The notes: generated by a model not told the origin, from the letters alone. DNA of 46,395 nucleotides from Hyphomicrobiales bacterium (GCA_031431065.1 JANPCS010000269.1:1-46395); one strand, 5' to 3'; positions 10,070-19,364 are shown, counted from the stretch's first letter. Numbers and translations: made by a program.

Positions 10070-10129
10070 GTCTTTGCTCCTCCTGTTGTGACGGCACGAC
10101 CATCCGGCCGTCTCATTGCTGAACTTGAT

Positions 10130-10444
10130 TCAGGGATTGAACGGCGCCGGATTCATGATCTTCACGTCCTGCCGCTGTATCGCCTCCATCGCCCAAACTT
10201 CTCCGATGTACTGTTTCCATTCCGGATCGGCGCTCATTCTGGCCCGCCGCGCCTCACGGTCGGCGAGGCTGTCGTAGGACCACATGAGCACCATCTGGTG
10301 CAGCTGTCCGATCTCCGTCACATAGGCGCCGAGGAAACGGTTGAGATGCCGCTTCTGTATGGCCAGGCCCTCAGCCTCATACTTTTTCAGCCATTTGTCC
10401 ACGGTGCCGGGTTTGAAAGTATAGGTGCGGTGTTCGAGGATCAT
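10130..10444 (-). CDS. NIPSNAP family protein
   Basis: MILEHRTYTFKPG...TEIGQLHQMVLMWSYDSLADREARRARMSADPEW; ATGA overlap with GMC stop. Confidence 0.9.
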   Translation of the reverse strand: MILEHRTYTFKPGTVDKWLKKYEAEGLAIQKRHLNRFLGAYVTEIGQLHQMVLMWSYDSLADREARRARMSADPEWKQYIGEVWAMEAIQRQDVKIMNPAPFNP

Positions 10445-12078
10445 GCTTGAGCTCCCGTGATGAACTGTGCCGCCTTTTCGGCGATCATGATGGCCGGTGC
10501 ATTGGTATTGCCGCTGGTGATCACCGGCATGATTGAGGCATCGGCGACGCGCAATCCGTCGATGCCGCGCACTCTCAATTGCGCATCGACCACGGCATTT
10601 TCGTCCGTACCCATCTTGCAAGTGCCGACCGGATGCAGCGTGGTCAGCGCATTTTCGCGCAGCCATGAGATGAGGTCCCCGTCGGTCTTGAGCTCCGGCC
10701 CCGGCGCCAGTTCGCGGCCGCGATATTCGTCAAAGGCTTTCTGGGCTATGACCTGGCGCATCATGCGAATAGCGGCGAGTATTGTTGCGCGGTCGAATTC
10801 GGCGGCGAGATAGTTGGCGCGGATCACTGGGGGTTCGGCCGGATTTGAAGACCGCAAGGTGATGCTGCCGCGGCTCTGCGGGTTCACCGGCCCGACGCGG
10901 ATCGAGAAGCCGTGATTGATTTCGGCAGGCTGCCGTCCAAACAGCTTCGGCCAATGCAGATTGGCGGTCTTTTCCAAGGCCGGCATGAAGTGAGCCTGAA
11001 TGTCCGGCGCAGCAAGCTCCGGCCTCGACTTCATGAAGGCACCAGCCTCGTAGGGAAAGGTTGTGGCAACGCCAGTACCGGTCAACGCCGCCTGGATGAT
11101 CGACAGTGTGAGCCTGTCGATCCGCAGGTTGCCATAAAGCGACACTGGCCTAAGGCATTCATAGGCCAGCACGCAGTCCACATGATCCTGCAGGTTGCGG
11201 CCAACGCCGGGAAGATCATGCACAACCGTCAGGTCATGCTTGCGGATTTCGTCCGCCGGTCCGATGCCGGAAAGCAGCAACACCTGTGGTGAGTTGACGG
11301 TGCCCGCCGACAGCACGACTTCGCGGCCGGCACGCGCCCGCTTCCTTGTCCCGGCGATCCCATAGTCGACGCCCACCGCTCTGCCGTTCTCGATGACGAT
11401 GCGTTCGGTGAGCGCACCGGTCTTGACGGTCAGGTTGGCGCGGCTGAGAGCCGGATAAAGAAAGGCCCTGGACGTCGACCAGCGCTTGCCGTCCTTGATG
11501 GTGAAGTCGTAGCGGCCGAAGCCTTCCTGGACAGCCCCGTTGAAATCATCGTTGAAGCCATGGCCCGCCTCGACCCCGGCCTTGACGAAGACATCGAACA
11601 GCTCATTCTTGCCGCGCGCCCGGCACACGGTAAGTTCGCCATGCTTGCCATGAAAGTTATCGGCGCGCTCCACATGCGTTTCCGATCGGCGGAAGGCTGG
11701 CAGCACCTCGTCATAGGACCAGCCGGGCAGGCCCATCTGCGCCCAGCGGTCATAGTCATGGGCGTTGCCGCGCACATAGATCATGCCGTTGATGGTCGAG
11801 GAACCGCCCAGCGCCTTGCCGCGCGGCCAGTAGATGCGCCGGTTGTTGAGGTGCGGTTCGGGCTCGGTGCGATAGTGCCAGTTGTAGAGACCCGAATGCA
11901 TGAGCTTGCCCATCAGCATGGGCAGGCGGAACAGCGGATTGCGATCCCGCGATCCGGCTTCCAGCAGCAGGACCCTGGTTGCGGGATCGGTCGAGAGCCG
12001 ATTGGCGAGCACGCAGCCCGCCGAACCGGCACCAATCACCACATAGTCGTAGTCCTCCTCGCTGGCGCGGGTCACCAT
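10441..12078 (-). CDS. GMC family FAD oxidoreductase (choline dehydrogenase-like fold)
   Basis: GAGSAG, PRGKALGGSSTINGM, VGRNLQDH, HPVGTCKMG, GNTNAP. Confidence 0.93.
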   Translation of the reverse strand: MVTRASEEDYDYVVIGAGSAGCVLANRLSTDPATRVLLLEAGSRDRNPLFRLPMLMGKLMHSGLYNWHYRTEPEPHLNNRRIYWPRGKALGGSSTINGMIYVRGNAHDYDRWAQMGLPGWSYDEVLPAFRRSETHVERADNFHGKHGELTVCRARGKNELFDVFVKAGVEAGHGFNDDFNGAVQEGFGRYDFTIKDGKRWSTSRAFLYPALSRANLTVKTGALTERIVIENGRAVGVDYGIAGTRKRARAGREVVLSAGTVNSPQVLLLSGIGPADEIRKHDLTVVHDLPGVGRNLQDHVDCVLAYECLRPVSLYGNLRIDRLTLSIIQAALTGTGVATTFPYEAGAFMKSRPELAAPDIQAHFMPALEKTANLHWPKLFGRQPAEINHGFSIRVGPVNPQSRGSITLRSSNPAEPPVIRANYLAAEFDRATILAAIRMMRQVIAQKAFDEYRGRELAPGPELKTDGDLISWLRENALTTLHPVGTCKMGTDENAVVDAQLRVRGIDGLRVADASIMPVITSGNTNAPAIMIAEKAAQFITGAQA

Positions 12079-12908
12079 GCAATGGCCTCGCTGCCCATCG
12101 CCGCGAGCATTTGATTGCAGGCGATGAACGGGTTGGGCAGCGCCAGATATTCATCGCCACGCGCCGGATGCGGGCGCAAGACTGTGTGGTTCGGATTGAC
12201 TCCCGCCAACGCCAATGTGTCTGCCGCGGCATCGCCAAACCCGGCGCAGACCAGAGGCGTTCCCCGCGCCGCCAGGGCTTTCAGCACCGCGACAATGAAC
12301 GGCCGCCAGATCGGCAAGTGGCCACGCGACTGATGCGGATCGATCGACACCTGGAAGCGCGACAAGGTGAGCGAGGAGTTGAGCAGCAGCACGCCCTGGC
12401 CGACCCATCGATCGGCGAGCCGCGAGGCAGGTTCGATGGCAAGCCGCCCCGCTTCGATGTCCGCCAGTGTGCGCGGCCATCCGGCAAAGCTTCCGGCATA
12501 GGCCGGGTCGCCGCTCCGTGCCGCCACGATCTGCTGCATGAAACAGCGGATGCTCACCGAAAACATCTTGTTGAGTTCGCGCCACTCCGCGACATTGCCT
12601 GCCTCGAAGGCGCGGCCCGTCGAAAAGGCGGCGCAAGGGTAGGGGTCCTGGCCAAGCAGCACGCAGCTCACTTGATTTGGCGCAATGTCATCGAAGGCAT
12701 GGAACATGTGGGCGCCCTTGGGCGCACCGGGAAAACCGCGGCCGCGGCGCGCCGGGAAAACCGGCTCCCAGTCTTCATGCGCAAGCATGGGATCAACGTC
12801 CGCGAAGCCCAGCGTAACGCCGGCGGCAACCGGCTGCCACTCGGGCGGCAGATCGCCCTGCCAGCCCGCAAGCACGGACTCCATCGCCTGGCGTAACGTA
12901 GTGCGCAA
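12072..12908 (-). CDS. ung: Family-1 uracil-DNA glycosylase-like protein
   Basis: LLGQDPYP, GRAFE, QGVLLLNSSLT, PHPA, NPFIACN; TTG start with GGAG RBS; stop overlaps GMC start. Confidence 0.8.
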   Translation of the reverse strand: MRTTLRQAMESVLAGWQGDLPPEWQPVAAGVTLGFADVDPMLAHEDWEPVFPARRGRGFPGAPKGAHMFHAFDDIAPNQVSCVLLGQDPYPCAAFSTGRAFEAGNVAEWRELNKMFSVSIRCFMQQIVAARSGDPAYAGSFAGWPRTLADIEAGRLAIEPASRLADRWVGQGVLLLNSSLTLSRFQVSIDPHQSRGHLPIWRPFIVAVLKALAARGTPLVCAGFGDAAADTLALAGVNPNHTVLRPHPARGDEYLALPNPFIACNQMLAAMGSEAIAW

Positions 12909-12947
12909 CGCCCACTCCCTTGCTGCCGGGCGGGAAAACTATTCGAG

Positions 12948-12997
12948 ATGACAGAATTGTCAAGAATCAATTGATCGCTTATTGACAAGATTGTCAG
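12948..12997. promoter_or_regulatory. Two RutR-like operator palindromes overlapping divergent -35 elements
   Basis: ATGACAGAATTGTCAA (12948-12963) and TTGACAAGATTGTCAG (12982-12997), both TGACA-N4-TGTCA; each contains a TTGACA; ATCAATTGAT palindrome between them. Confidence 0.7.
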
Positions 12998-13049
12998 CTT
13001 AATGCGGTAAGCCCGGTCCGTGGCCTATCGCCGTTTTCCGAGGCAGATC

Positions 13050-13700
13050 ATGACAAGGCCGAAAACACCGGCAAAAAATCCGCCCGCTCAGGAGGCGCGC
13101 ATCCGGGCCCGCACCGAGGCCAGGATCCTCAAGGCGGCGTCGATTGAATTTGCGCGCAAAGGCCTCGATGGCGCGCGCATCGCCGAAATCGCCGAACGCG
13201 CCGGGCTGCCTCATCCCAATGTCTATTACTACTTCCGCACCAAGGAGAGCATCTACCGGCGGCTCATCGGCATGCTGATCGCGGATTGGGACAGGGCGCT
13301 GGAAAACATCTCCGCGGAGCGCGATCCGATGGCGGCGATTTCAGACTATGTGCGCGCCAAGTTCGAACATGCCCGCACCCATTCGACCGAGACCAGGCTG
13401 TTCGCCAGCGAGGTGATGACCGGTGCGCGGTTCCTGACGCCATCGACGCGCCGCCATATGCGCGCCATCACGACGCGTCATGCGAAGGTGATCGACGGTT
13501 GGATTGCCGAAGGCAAGATCGCGCCCGTCGACAGCCGGCACTTCCTCGTCATGATCTGGGCCACATCCGAGTTCTATTCCTTTCTCGAGCCACTGGTCTG
13601 CGATGCGCTTGAAGTGAGAGCGCTACGGCCGGACAATTTTGCAAGCGGGGCGGACGCCTTGATCGAAATCTTGAAACGCGCCTTGACACGTGATGCCTGA
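13050..13700 (+). CDS. TetR family regulator, RutR-like
   Basis: IAERAGLPHPNVYYYFRTKE HTH; DPMAAISDYVRAK...RLFASEVMTGA...MIWATSEFY resembles the RutR (TetR_C_3) C-domain. Confidence 0.88.
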   Translation: MTRPKTPAKNPPAQEARIRARTEARILKAASIEFARKGLDGARIAEIAERAGLPHPNVYYYFRTKESIYRRLIGMLIADWDRALENISAERDPMAAISDYVRAKFEHARTHSTETRLFASEVMTGARFLTPSTRRHMRAITTRHAKVIDGWIAEGKIAPVDSRHFLVMIWATSEFYSFLEPLVCDALEVRALRPDNFASGADALIEILKRALTRDA

Positions 13701-13719
13701 ACGGCGCGTCACTCGCTTT

Positions 13720-14345
13720 GCGGTGGCTGTCGCTCATGGCGCTCATCGTACCGGAGGCGAGTGTCCTCTTCACCAGCACTTGGCGCGCCATGTTGGCGAG
13801 CATGGCCGGGTGGCACATGATGGCTTGCTTCTGAACGCCGAGAGTGCCGGACGTATCAAACACGTGCGTCACCGATGCAATCGCGCGGCCGAAGTACCAT
13901 TATTCATAGACGGCATGGAGCGCCAGACCTTCCGCGAAATGTTCCGGATGGTGCTTGTCGAATTGCGCCGTCCAGCAAGCTTCGTCGACGGCCTGCGCGA
14001 GGACGCGATGATCGAGGTTGTCCTCATGGAATAGCGAGTCTGGATCAAACGTAACAGTACCATATGGCTTCAGGCGGCGGATGGCGTGGATGATGCGTTC
14101 GCGCAAGGCCACACGCGAAACGTCGCCCAAAACATCGGTTTGCCAACCCAGGTCCTCAACGGCGGCAATTCCAAGTACCGCTGCCGCATGACGGAACTTG
14201 CCGGCATTGCGCCCGATCGTTTCCGCTTCATCAAGGGCTACGGAATCCCATCGATCGTCCGTCACCCTCAAGCAATGAATGTGCCATCCCGCTCCTGCCC
14301 ACATGGCGATGACACCGCCAACAAACATGGCGGCATCATCAGCCG
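13720..14345 (-). pseudogene. PIG-L/LmbE-family deacetylase pseudogene
   Basis: ADDAAMFVGG...VTDD...TFDP...EDNLDHR; no start codon or preceding His motif; in-frame TAA at 13900-13902 followed by continued similarity (WYFGR...VFDTSGTLGVQKQAIMCH); ends approximate. Confidence 0.75.
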
Positions 14346-15067
14346 GTGCCGGACGACGCGGCAATCGCGACAAGATAATTGCGGGTGACCGTTTCAGCCC
14401 GTACCTCGTCGCCATCGGCGATGGCATGGAAAATCCGGGCCAACTGTTCATGGGTGTGACTGCGCACAATTTCCGCCACCTCGCCATTCCGGCGGCGGCC
14501 GTCGAACTTATGGTCTGCCCGCGCCTTGACGATCTGGTCAAAAGTCCACAGGAGAAAGTCATTGCCGGAGGCCACATAGTAGGTACGCGAAAACCGATAG
14601 ATGCGAGATTTGAAGTCGATCCAGCTGCCAGGCTCGAGAATGGCATCAAGCGCCGCCTTCATCAGCATGACATGAGCCTCCATCAGATGCCGTGCCGCCA
14701 GTGCGGCCACACCCGGCTCCAAGGTAAGCCTGGCCTCGATCGTTTCCAGAAAGGAATGCTTGTGCGGCGCCCGGATATCGACATCCGCGTCAATGCGTTC
14801 AATGATTTGTGGAGCCTGCGCGGACAGCCAAGTACCCGAACCGACCTTGCGGGAAATGAGACCCATCTCGTTCAGGATCAGGAGCGCGTCCCGCACCTGC
14901 TGACGTGAGGCGCCAAGTGTTTCCGCCAGTTTGCGCTCATTAGGCAACTGCGAGCCTGGCACGTAGCGGCCTTTGCGAATGGCCTCCATCAGGGCTGTGT
15001 GGATGGCGGAGGTTTTGACCGGCTGACGATCGGCCCTGGCGGCACGCGGATTTTGGTGTTCGGTCAT
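14339..15067 (-). CDS. GntR/FadR family regulator
   Basis: GSQLPNERKLAETLGASRQQVRDAL...KVGSGT; FCD-like IEARLTLEP. Confidence 0.92.
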   Translation of the reverse strand: MTEHQNPRAARADRQPVKTSAIHTALMEAIRKGRYVPGSQLPNERKLAETLGASRQQVRDALLILNEMGLISRKVGSGTWLSAQAPQIIERIDADVDIRAPHKHSFLETIEARLTLEPGVAALAARHLMEAHVMLMKAALDAILEPGSWIDFKSRIYRFSRTYYVASGNDFLLWTFDQIVKARADHKFDGRRRNGEVAEIVRSHTHEQLARIFHAIADGDEVRAETVTRNYLVAIAASSGTG

Positions 15068-15082
15068 TCATGCCACCAAATG

Positions 15083-16129
15083 TCATGCACGCTGACCGTA
15101 GGCCCGATCAAGACGCAGTTTCAGATCGGCGATGAATCCTGGCGTAATGGTTGCATCGTGAGCGAGGGAGTGCCAGAGCGGCAGCGAATTGACATAAGAG
15201 CGCATGCCCGTAAGCCCCTCTTCAGCCTGTGCCCAGTTCAGGCCCATGGCCGGTGGGCGCACGTCAAGCCCAATCGCGGCAATCGCATCCATCATTTCAT
15301 CGGCACCCTTCTCGTGCAACATGCAACCAACGACAATTCCCAGGCCCACGGGCTGGCCATGCAAGAACTTTTTGCCGGTCTGCTTTTCGAGTGTGTAGAA
15401 AAGAAAATGGTCGGTGCCTTCAATGTGGCGCGGGCACCAGCCGGAGCCGTGAAATGACGTGCCCCACTTCAATCCATCGACCAGCGCGTCGATTCCGGCG
15501 TCGGTCATGTTTCTGATGCCATCGATGTTTTTCAGTATGGCATTGACTTTCGACAACGACTGCTTTGCCAGGCCCTCGTCATAAGGCCACTTCGTCTCGA
15601 TCTTTCCGTTGTCGCGGGCGTATTGCCAGTCGAGAACGCCCGTTTGGAAACAGAGGATGTCACCGATGCCAGACCAGTTGAGATGGCGGGGTGCCGCCCG
15701 CAATACATCATAGTCAATAAACACGCATTCCGGCACGGCAAAGCCGCGATAGATGACCTTGCCGTTCTCGCGAACGCCCGAGCGGTGCGAATAAACCGCG
15801 TTGACCGATAGCGCCGTCGGCGCCTGGAACAGTGGCAAGTTGCGCCGCCAGGAAAAGTACTTCGCAACATCAAGGGCCTGTCCGCCACCAAGGCCAATGA
15901 TGGCGCGAACATCTTTCAAGCCTGCGGCGTCACGATCGAGATCGCTCTGCTCAATCGAGTCTGCCAGATAGACCTGGAAGTCCGCGCCTTCGAACTCATG
16001 TTTGAACTTGTCCCAGAGGTCCGGCATCGTCACAACCAGGAACGGCGGGTTGACGAAATTCTTGAACTCGCCAAACAGGCCACGCCCCATGACCGTTGGA
16101 AAACCGTAGTCGAGACAGGCGTTGCACAT
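15083..16129 (-). CDS. Glycerol-1-phosphate/glycerol dehydrogenase-like (DHQS/Fe-ADH fold) protein, paralogue A
   Basis: GLGGGQALDVAKY, PTALS, GIGD, EGTDH, LHGQPVG. Confidence 0.82.
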   Translation of the reverse strand: MCNACLDYGFPTVMGRGLFGEFKNFVNPPFLVVTMPDLWDKFKHEFEGADFQVYLADSIEQSDLDRDAAGLKDVRAIIGLGGGQALDVAKYFSWRRNLPLFQAPTALSVNAVYSHRSGVRENGKVIYRGFAVPECVFIDYDVLRAAPRHLNWSGIGDILCFQTGVLDWQYARDNGKIETKWPYDEGLAKQSLSKVNAILKNIDGIRNMTDAGIDALVDGLKWGTSFHGSGWCPRHIEGTDHFLFYTLEKQTGKKFLHGQPVGLGIVVGCMLHEKGADEMMDAIAAIGLDVRPPAMGLNWAQAEEGLTGMRSYVNSLPLWHSLAHDATITPGFIADLKLRLDRAYGQRA

Positions 16130-16141
16130 GGATTGCTCCTC

Positions 16142-16327
16142 TCAATTCGCCGCAGTCAACCCGCCACCAACAGCGATGCATTGACCCAGTGACGTGGTTC
16201 GAAAGATCAGATCGAAGAAACAGGAAAACACCAGCACAATCCCGCGGCGTTCCGGCCCGGCCGGGCGGCAGCTTGCGGCGGCCGCGGCACGCGAGAGATT
16301 GAGACCGCCCTTGAGAAGAGAGTTCAT
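16142..16327 (-). pseudogene. Probable collapsed SDR remnant
   Basis: Coupled start (ATGA) MNSLLKG and C-terminal LGQCIAVGGGLTA resemble SDR termini (xTGQxxxVDGG); middle absent. Confidence 0.45.
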
Positions 16328-17163
16328 CCCTTGATCGCTCCCGAGGAGAGGCCGGACACGAGGGCGCGCTGAGCCACAACTGTCAGAATGGCGATCGGGA
16401 TAATCGCAAGGGCCGATGCCGCGGCCATCGGGCCCCAGTCGAGATTCCTTGTCGATATGAAGCCCGCGATGAAAACCGGTAGCGTCCTGGCGCTATTTCC
16501 CGCAAGCAAGACCGGGATCAGGAACTCGTTCCACGCCAGCAAGGCCACAAAAATGGTCGTCGCGGCCATGCCTGGCAGGATAAGCGGCAGAACGACATGG
16601 ATGAGGATCTGCCAGCGCCTGGCGCCGTCAACTGCGGCGCTCTGTTCCAGAGCGATCGGGATCTGTTCCACAAAGGAAATCATCAACCACACGGCAAACG
16701 GAATATTCACGGCCGCATACATGACAACCAGCATGAGGCGATTGTCGTAAAGTCCCAACCGGGAAACAATTTGGAACAGCGGCACCATGATGACAATGGC
16801 GGGCACCGCGCGGATCAGCACCAGACCTACTTCAAGCGAGCCGCGGCCGCGGAATCGGGGCGAACGCGCCAGGGCATAGGCGGCCAACGTCGAGATGAAA
16901 ACGCAGAGGAGCGTCGAGGCAAGCGTAATGACGATGGTGTTCACGCATGTTTGCCAGAAGCCACGTGTTTCGAATATTGCCGAGTAGTTTTTCAGCGTCG
17001 GCTCAAAGTTGAAGAATTTTGGCGGAAACACAAATGTGTCGTCGCGCTGTTTAATGGAAGTTGACACAGTCCAATAGACCGGGAACAGCGCGACGAATGC
17101 CGCCAGCAACAAGACAAGATAGCTCAGGCCCCCGGCCAGCCGCTTTCTCGCTTTTGTTCTCAT
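16324..17163 (-). CDS. Carbohydrate ABC permease (MalG-like)
   Basis: IPIALEQSAAVDGA EAA-loop, AWNEFL, GLSSGAIKG. Confidence 0.93.
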   Translation of the reverse strand: MRTKARKRLAGGLSYLVLLLAAFVALFPVYWTVSTSIKQRDDTFVFPPKFFNFEPTLKNYSAIFETRGFWQTCVNTIVITLASTLLCVFISTLAAYALARSPRFRGRGSLEVGLVLIRAVPAIVIMVPLFQIVSRLGLYDNRLMLVVMYAAVNIPFAVWLMISFVEQIPIALEQSAAVDGARRWQILIHVVLPLILPGMAATTIFVALLAWNEFLIPVLLAGNSARTLPVFIAGFISTRNLDWGPMAAASALAIIPIAILTVVAQRALVSGLSSGAIKG

Positions 17164-18065
17164 CGTGCGTACTCCGTTGCACGGCGCCACATGACATAGA
17201 TGGGTGCCACCAGGATCACCATGAGCACACCGAGTGCGGCTGCGCGCGATGTCTGGAAAAAGATGAAGCCCGTGTTATAGGTAAGCATGCCGAGAGTCTG
17301 TGTGGCTGTACCTGGGCCGCCCTTGCCGGTGAGAATGAAGATGAGGTCAAACATTTTCAGGCAGTCGATGACGCGGATCATGGCAATCACCAGAATCACC
17401 GGAAGCAGCGCGGGCAGTGTGACATGGAAGAAAATCTGCGAAGCGCGTGCGCCGTCAATCGCTGCTGCTTCGCCCGGGCCTTTCGGTAGCCCGGCCAGGC
17501 CCGCCAGCGCAATCAGCATGACGAAGGGGATGGATTGCCAGCTGTCAACGATGGTCACCGCCAAGATGGCGGCCCAACGCCAGCCCATCCAATTCGGTCC
17601 ATGAATGCCGATCTGGGCGAGGGCCCAGTTGATCACGCCCAGATCGGCATCAAACAGAAATCGCCACATCAAGCCAACGGCAACGGGTGTGAGCAGCATG
17701 GGGATCATGAGTGCGGTTCGGAAGAATTGCGTGCCGGCAAGATTTCGATGCAGCAACAGGGCAAGCCCCACGCCGAGCGGAATTTGCACCAGGATGGCCA
17801 GCACAATCAGGACCAGGGTTACCCAGATCGATTCCCAGAAACGGGGGTCAGCAAATGCCTGGGCATAGTTTTCAAGACCAATGAACTTCGCCGCCACAAA
17901 GGCGCCCAATGTCTCGTTGCGGAACGAAAGATAGAATGCGCCGAGGATAGGCAAGGCAAAAACGGCGACGATCAGCAGCCATGCGGGCAGAACGAGAATT
18001 TCGGCCAAACGTGCATTGGCGCCTTCAATACTCTTCGACCTGCGTCCGACGCGAGCGGCTGGCAT
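17160..18065 (-). CDS. Carbohydrate ABC permease (MalF-like)
   Basis: FIGLENY, DSWQSIPF, EAAAIDGA, GGPGTATQTL. Confidence 0.93.
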   Translation of the reverse strand: MPAARVGRRSKSIEGANARLAEILVLPAWLLIVAVFALPILGAFYLSFRNETLGAFVAAKFIGLENYAQAFADPRFWESIWVTLVLIVLAILVQIPLGVGLALLLHRNLAGTQFFRTALMIPMLLTPVAVGLMWRFLFDADLGVINWALAQIGIHGPNWMGWRWAAILAVTIVDSWQSIPFVMLIALAGLAGLPKGPGEAAAIDGARASQIFFHVTLPALLPVILVIAMIRVIDCLKMFDLIFILTGKGGPGTATQTLGMLTYNTGFIFFQTSRAAALGVLMVILVAPIYVMWRRATEYAR

Positions 18066-18087
18066 CAGTTGGCACTTTCAACCCGAC

Positions 18088-18108
18088 GGGTGCGGCACGG
18101 CCGCACCC
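18088..18108. other. Stem-loop between SBP and permease genes
   Basis: GGGTGCGGC-ACG-GCCGCACCC perfect 9-bp inverted repeat. Confidence 0.6.
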
Positions 18109-18125
18109 CAGTGATGTTGCTTCGC

Positions 18126-19364
18126 TTACTTCGCGTTTTCCTGGGCGAGAATGGCCTTCTCGGTTTCCTGGAGTGCATCAAGGCCCGCCTTCACCTCAAC
18201 CGAGCCGTTCATGATTCCCGCCAGCGTGTCGAGTGCGGCCTTTTCAAATTCCGGCCAGACGCGGATTTGCGGATAGCGCTCGATGCGCGTGCCTTCCGGA
18301 ATGTCGAGCACGGGGAGATAGGGATATTTCGCCACAAGTTCCGCGTCGCCTGTGATGGACTTGCGGCCGATCGCAGCAGCACCGGCGTTGAGGTAGTTCT
18401 TGGCATTTGACTTGCCGAGCACGAACTCCAGGAACTGCCAGGCAAGGTCCGGGTTCTTTGCATCGGAGGGAATGCCGATGTTCCAACCCGCGAGATGGGT
18501 GACGTCAACAGCCCCCTTGGGCATGGGTGCCGTGCCAATCTCGCCCATGTGCTTCTGGTTGGCGGGATCGGTCAGCATGCCCCAATAGCCGGAGTATTGC
18601 ACCATGGCGCCGATGTCGGTGGATAGGAACTTTATCGTTGCATCGTCGCTCGAGGCCGAGATTGCACCCTCAGGCGCGTAGGCAAGCATGTCCTTGAGGA
18701 ATTGCGTGCCGACAACCGCTTCCGGCGTGTTGACTGTGGGATTGTAGTTCTCGTCATAGAGTCTGCCGCCGAAACTCCATACCATGGTCATCCACCACCA
18801 GGAGACGTTGGGTCCGAAACCGAAAATTGCGCCATCGCCCTTGCCGGACTCCTTTACAGCCTTGGCATTGGCCTTGTACCCGTCCCAGGTCGTGGCAGGC
18901 TTCAAGCCCAGCGCTTCATAGATGTCTCTGCGGTACCACTGGATGAATGGTTCGGTGGACAGCGTCAGGCCTAGAGTCTGTCCTTTATACTTGCCATAGT
19001 CCTGCTGACCCTTGCTGAAGTCGGCGATGTCATAGTCCTTCGAGGCTGCAATGCGCCCGTCGAGCGGCATCATGGTGCCCGCCGCGCCAAAGGGTGTAAG
19101 GAATGAGTTGTCGAACTGTGCAACATCATATTGTCCCTGCTTGATCTGGACGGAAAGCATCAGCTTCTGATGCATTTCGCCATAGGGAATTTCCGTGACA
19201 TTCACCTGGTGGCCCGTGGCCTTTTCGAAGGCGGGAATGAAGGACTGGATGGCAGTTGACGAAGGCGAAGGGCTCAGGAACAGATTCAGTTCGCCAGCCC
19301 AGGAAAATGTTGCGGTGGCCAGCAGAATGGCAGCTGCTGAAAATAGCTTCCTTGCAAACGGCAT
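18126..19364 (-). CDS. Carbohydrate ABC substrate-binding protein
   Basis: Sec signal MPFARKLFSAAAILLATATFSWA, AGGAGG RBS, YRRDI...TTWD, KNPDLAWQFLEF. Confidence 0.92.
   Translation of the reverse strand: MPFARKLFSAAAILLATATFSWAGELNLFLSPSPSSTAIQSFIPAFEKATGHQVNVTEIPYGEMHQKLMLSVQIKQGQYDVAQFDNSFLTPFGAAGTMMPLDGRIAASKDYDIADFSKGQQDYGKYKGQTLGLTLSTEPFIQWYRRDIYEALGLKPATTWDGYKANAKAVKESGKGDGAIFGFGPNVSWWWMTMVWSFGGRLYDENYNPTVNTPEAVVGTQFLKDMLAYAPEGAISASSDDATIKFLSTDIGAMVQYSGYWGMLTDPANQKHMGEIGTAPMPKGAVDVTHLAGWNIGIPSDAKNPDLAWQFLEFVLGKSNAKNYLNAGAAAIGRKSITGDAELVAKYPYLPVLDIPEGTRIERYPQIRVWPEFEKAALDTLAGIMNGSVEVKAGLDALQETEKAILAQENAK

Noticed and set aside
10441-12078. betA (choline dehydrogenase) assignment, also for 21744-23336
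   Set aside because: Only generic GMC motifs; no betB/betI or choline transporter context
12072-12908. Anti-phage defence system built on UNG
   Set aside because: All neighbours are transport or catabolic genes; no nuclease, ATPase effector or other defence gene
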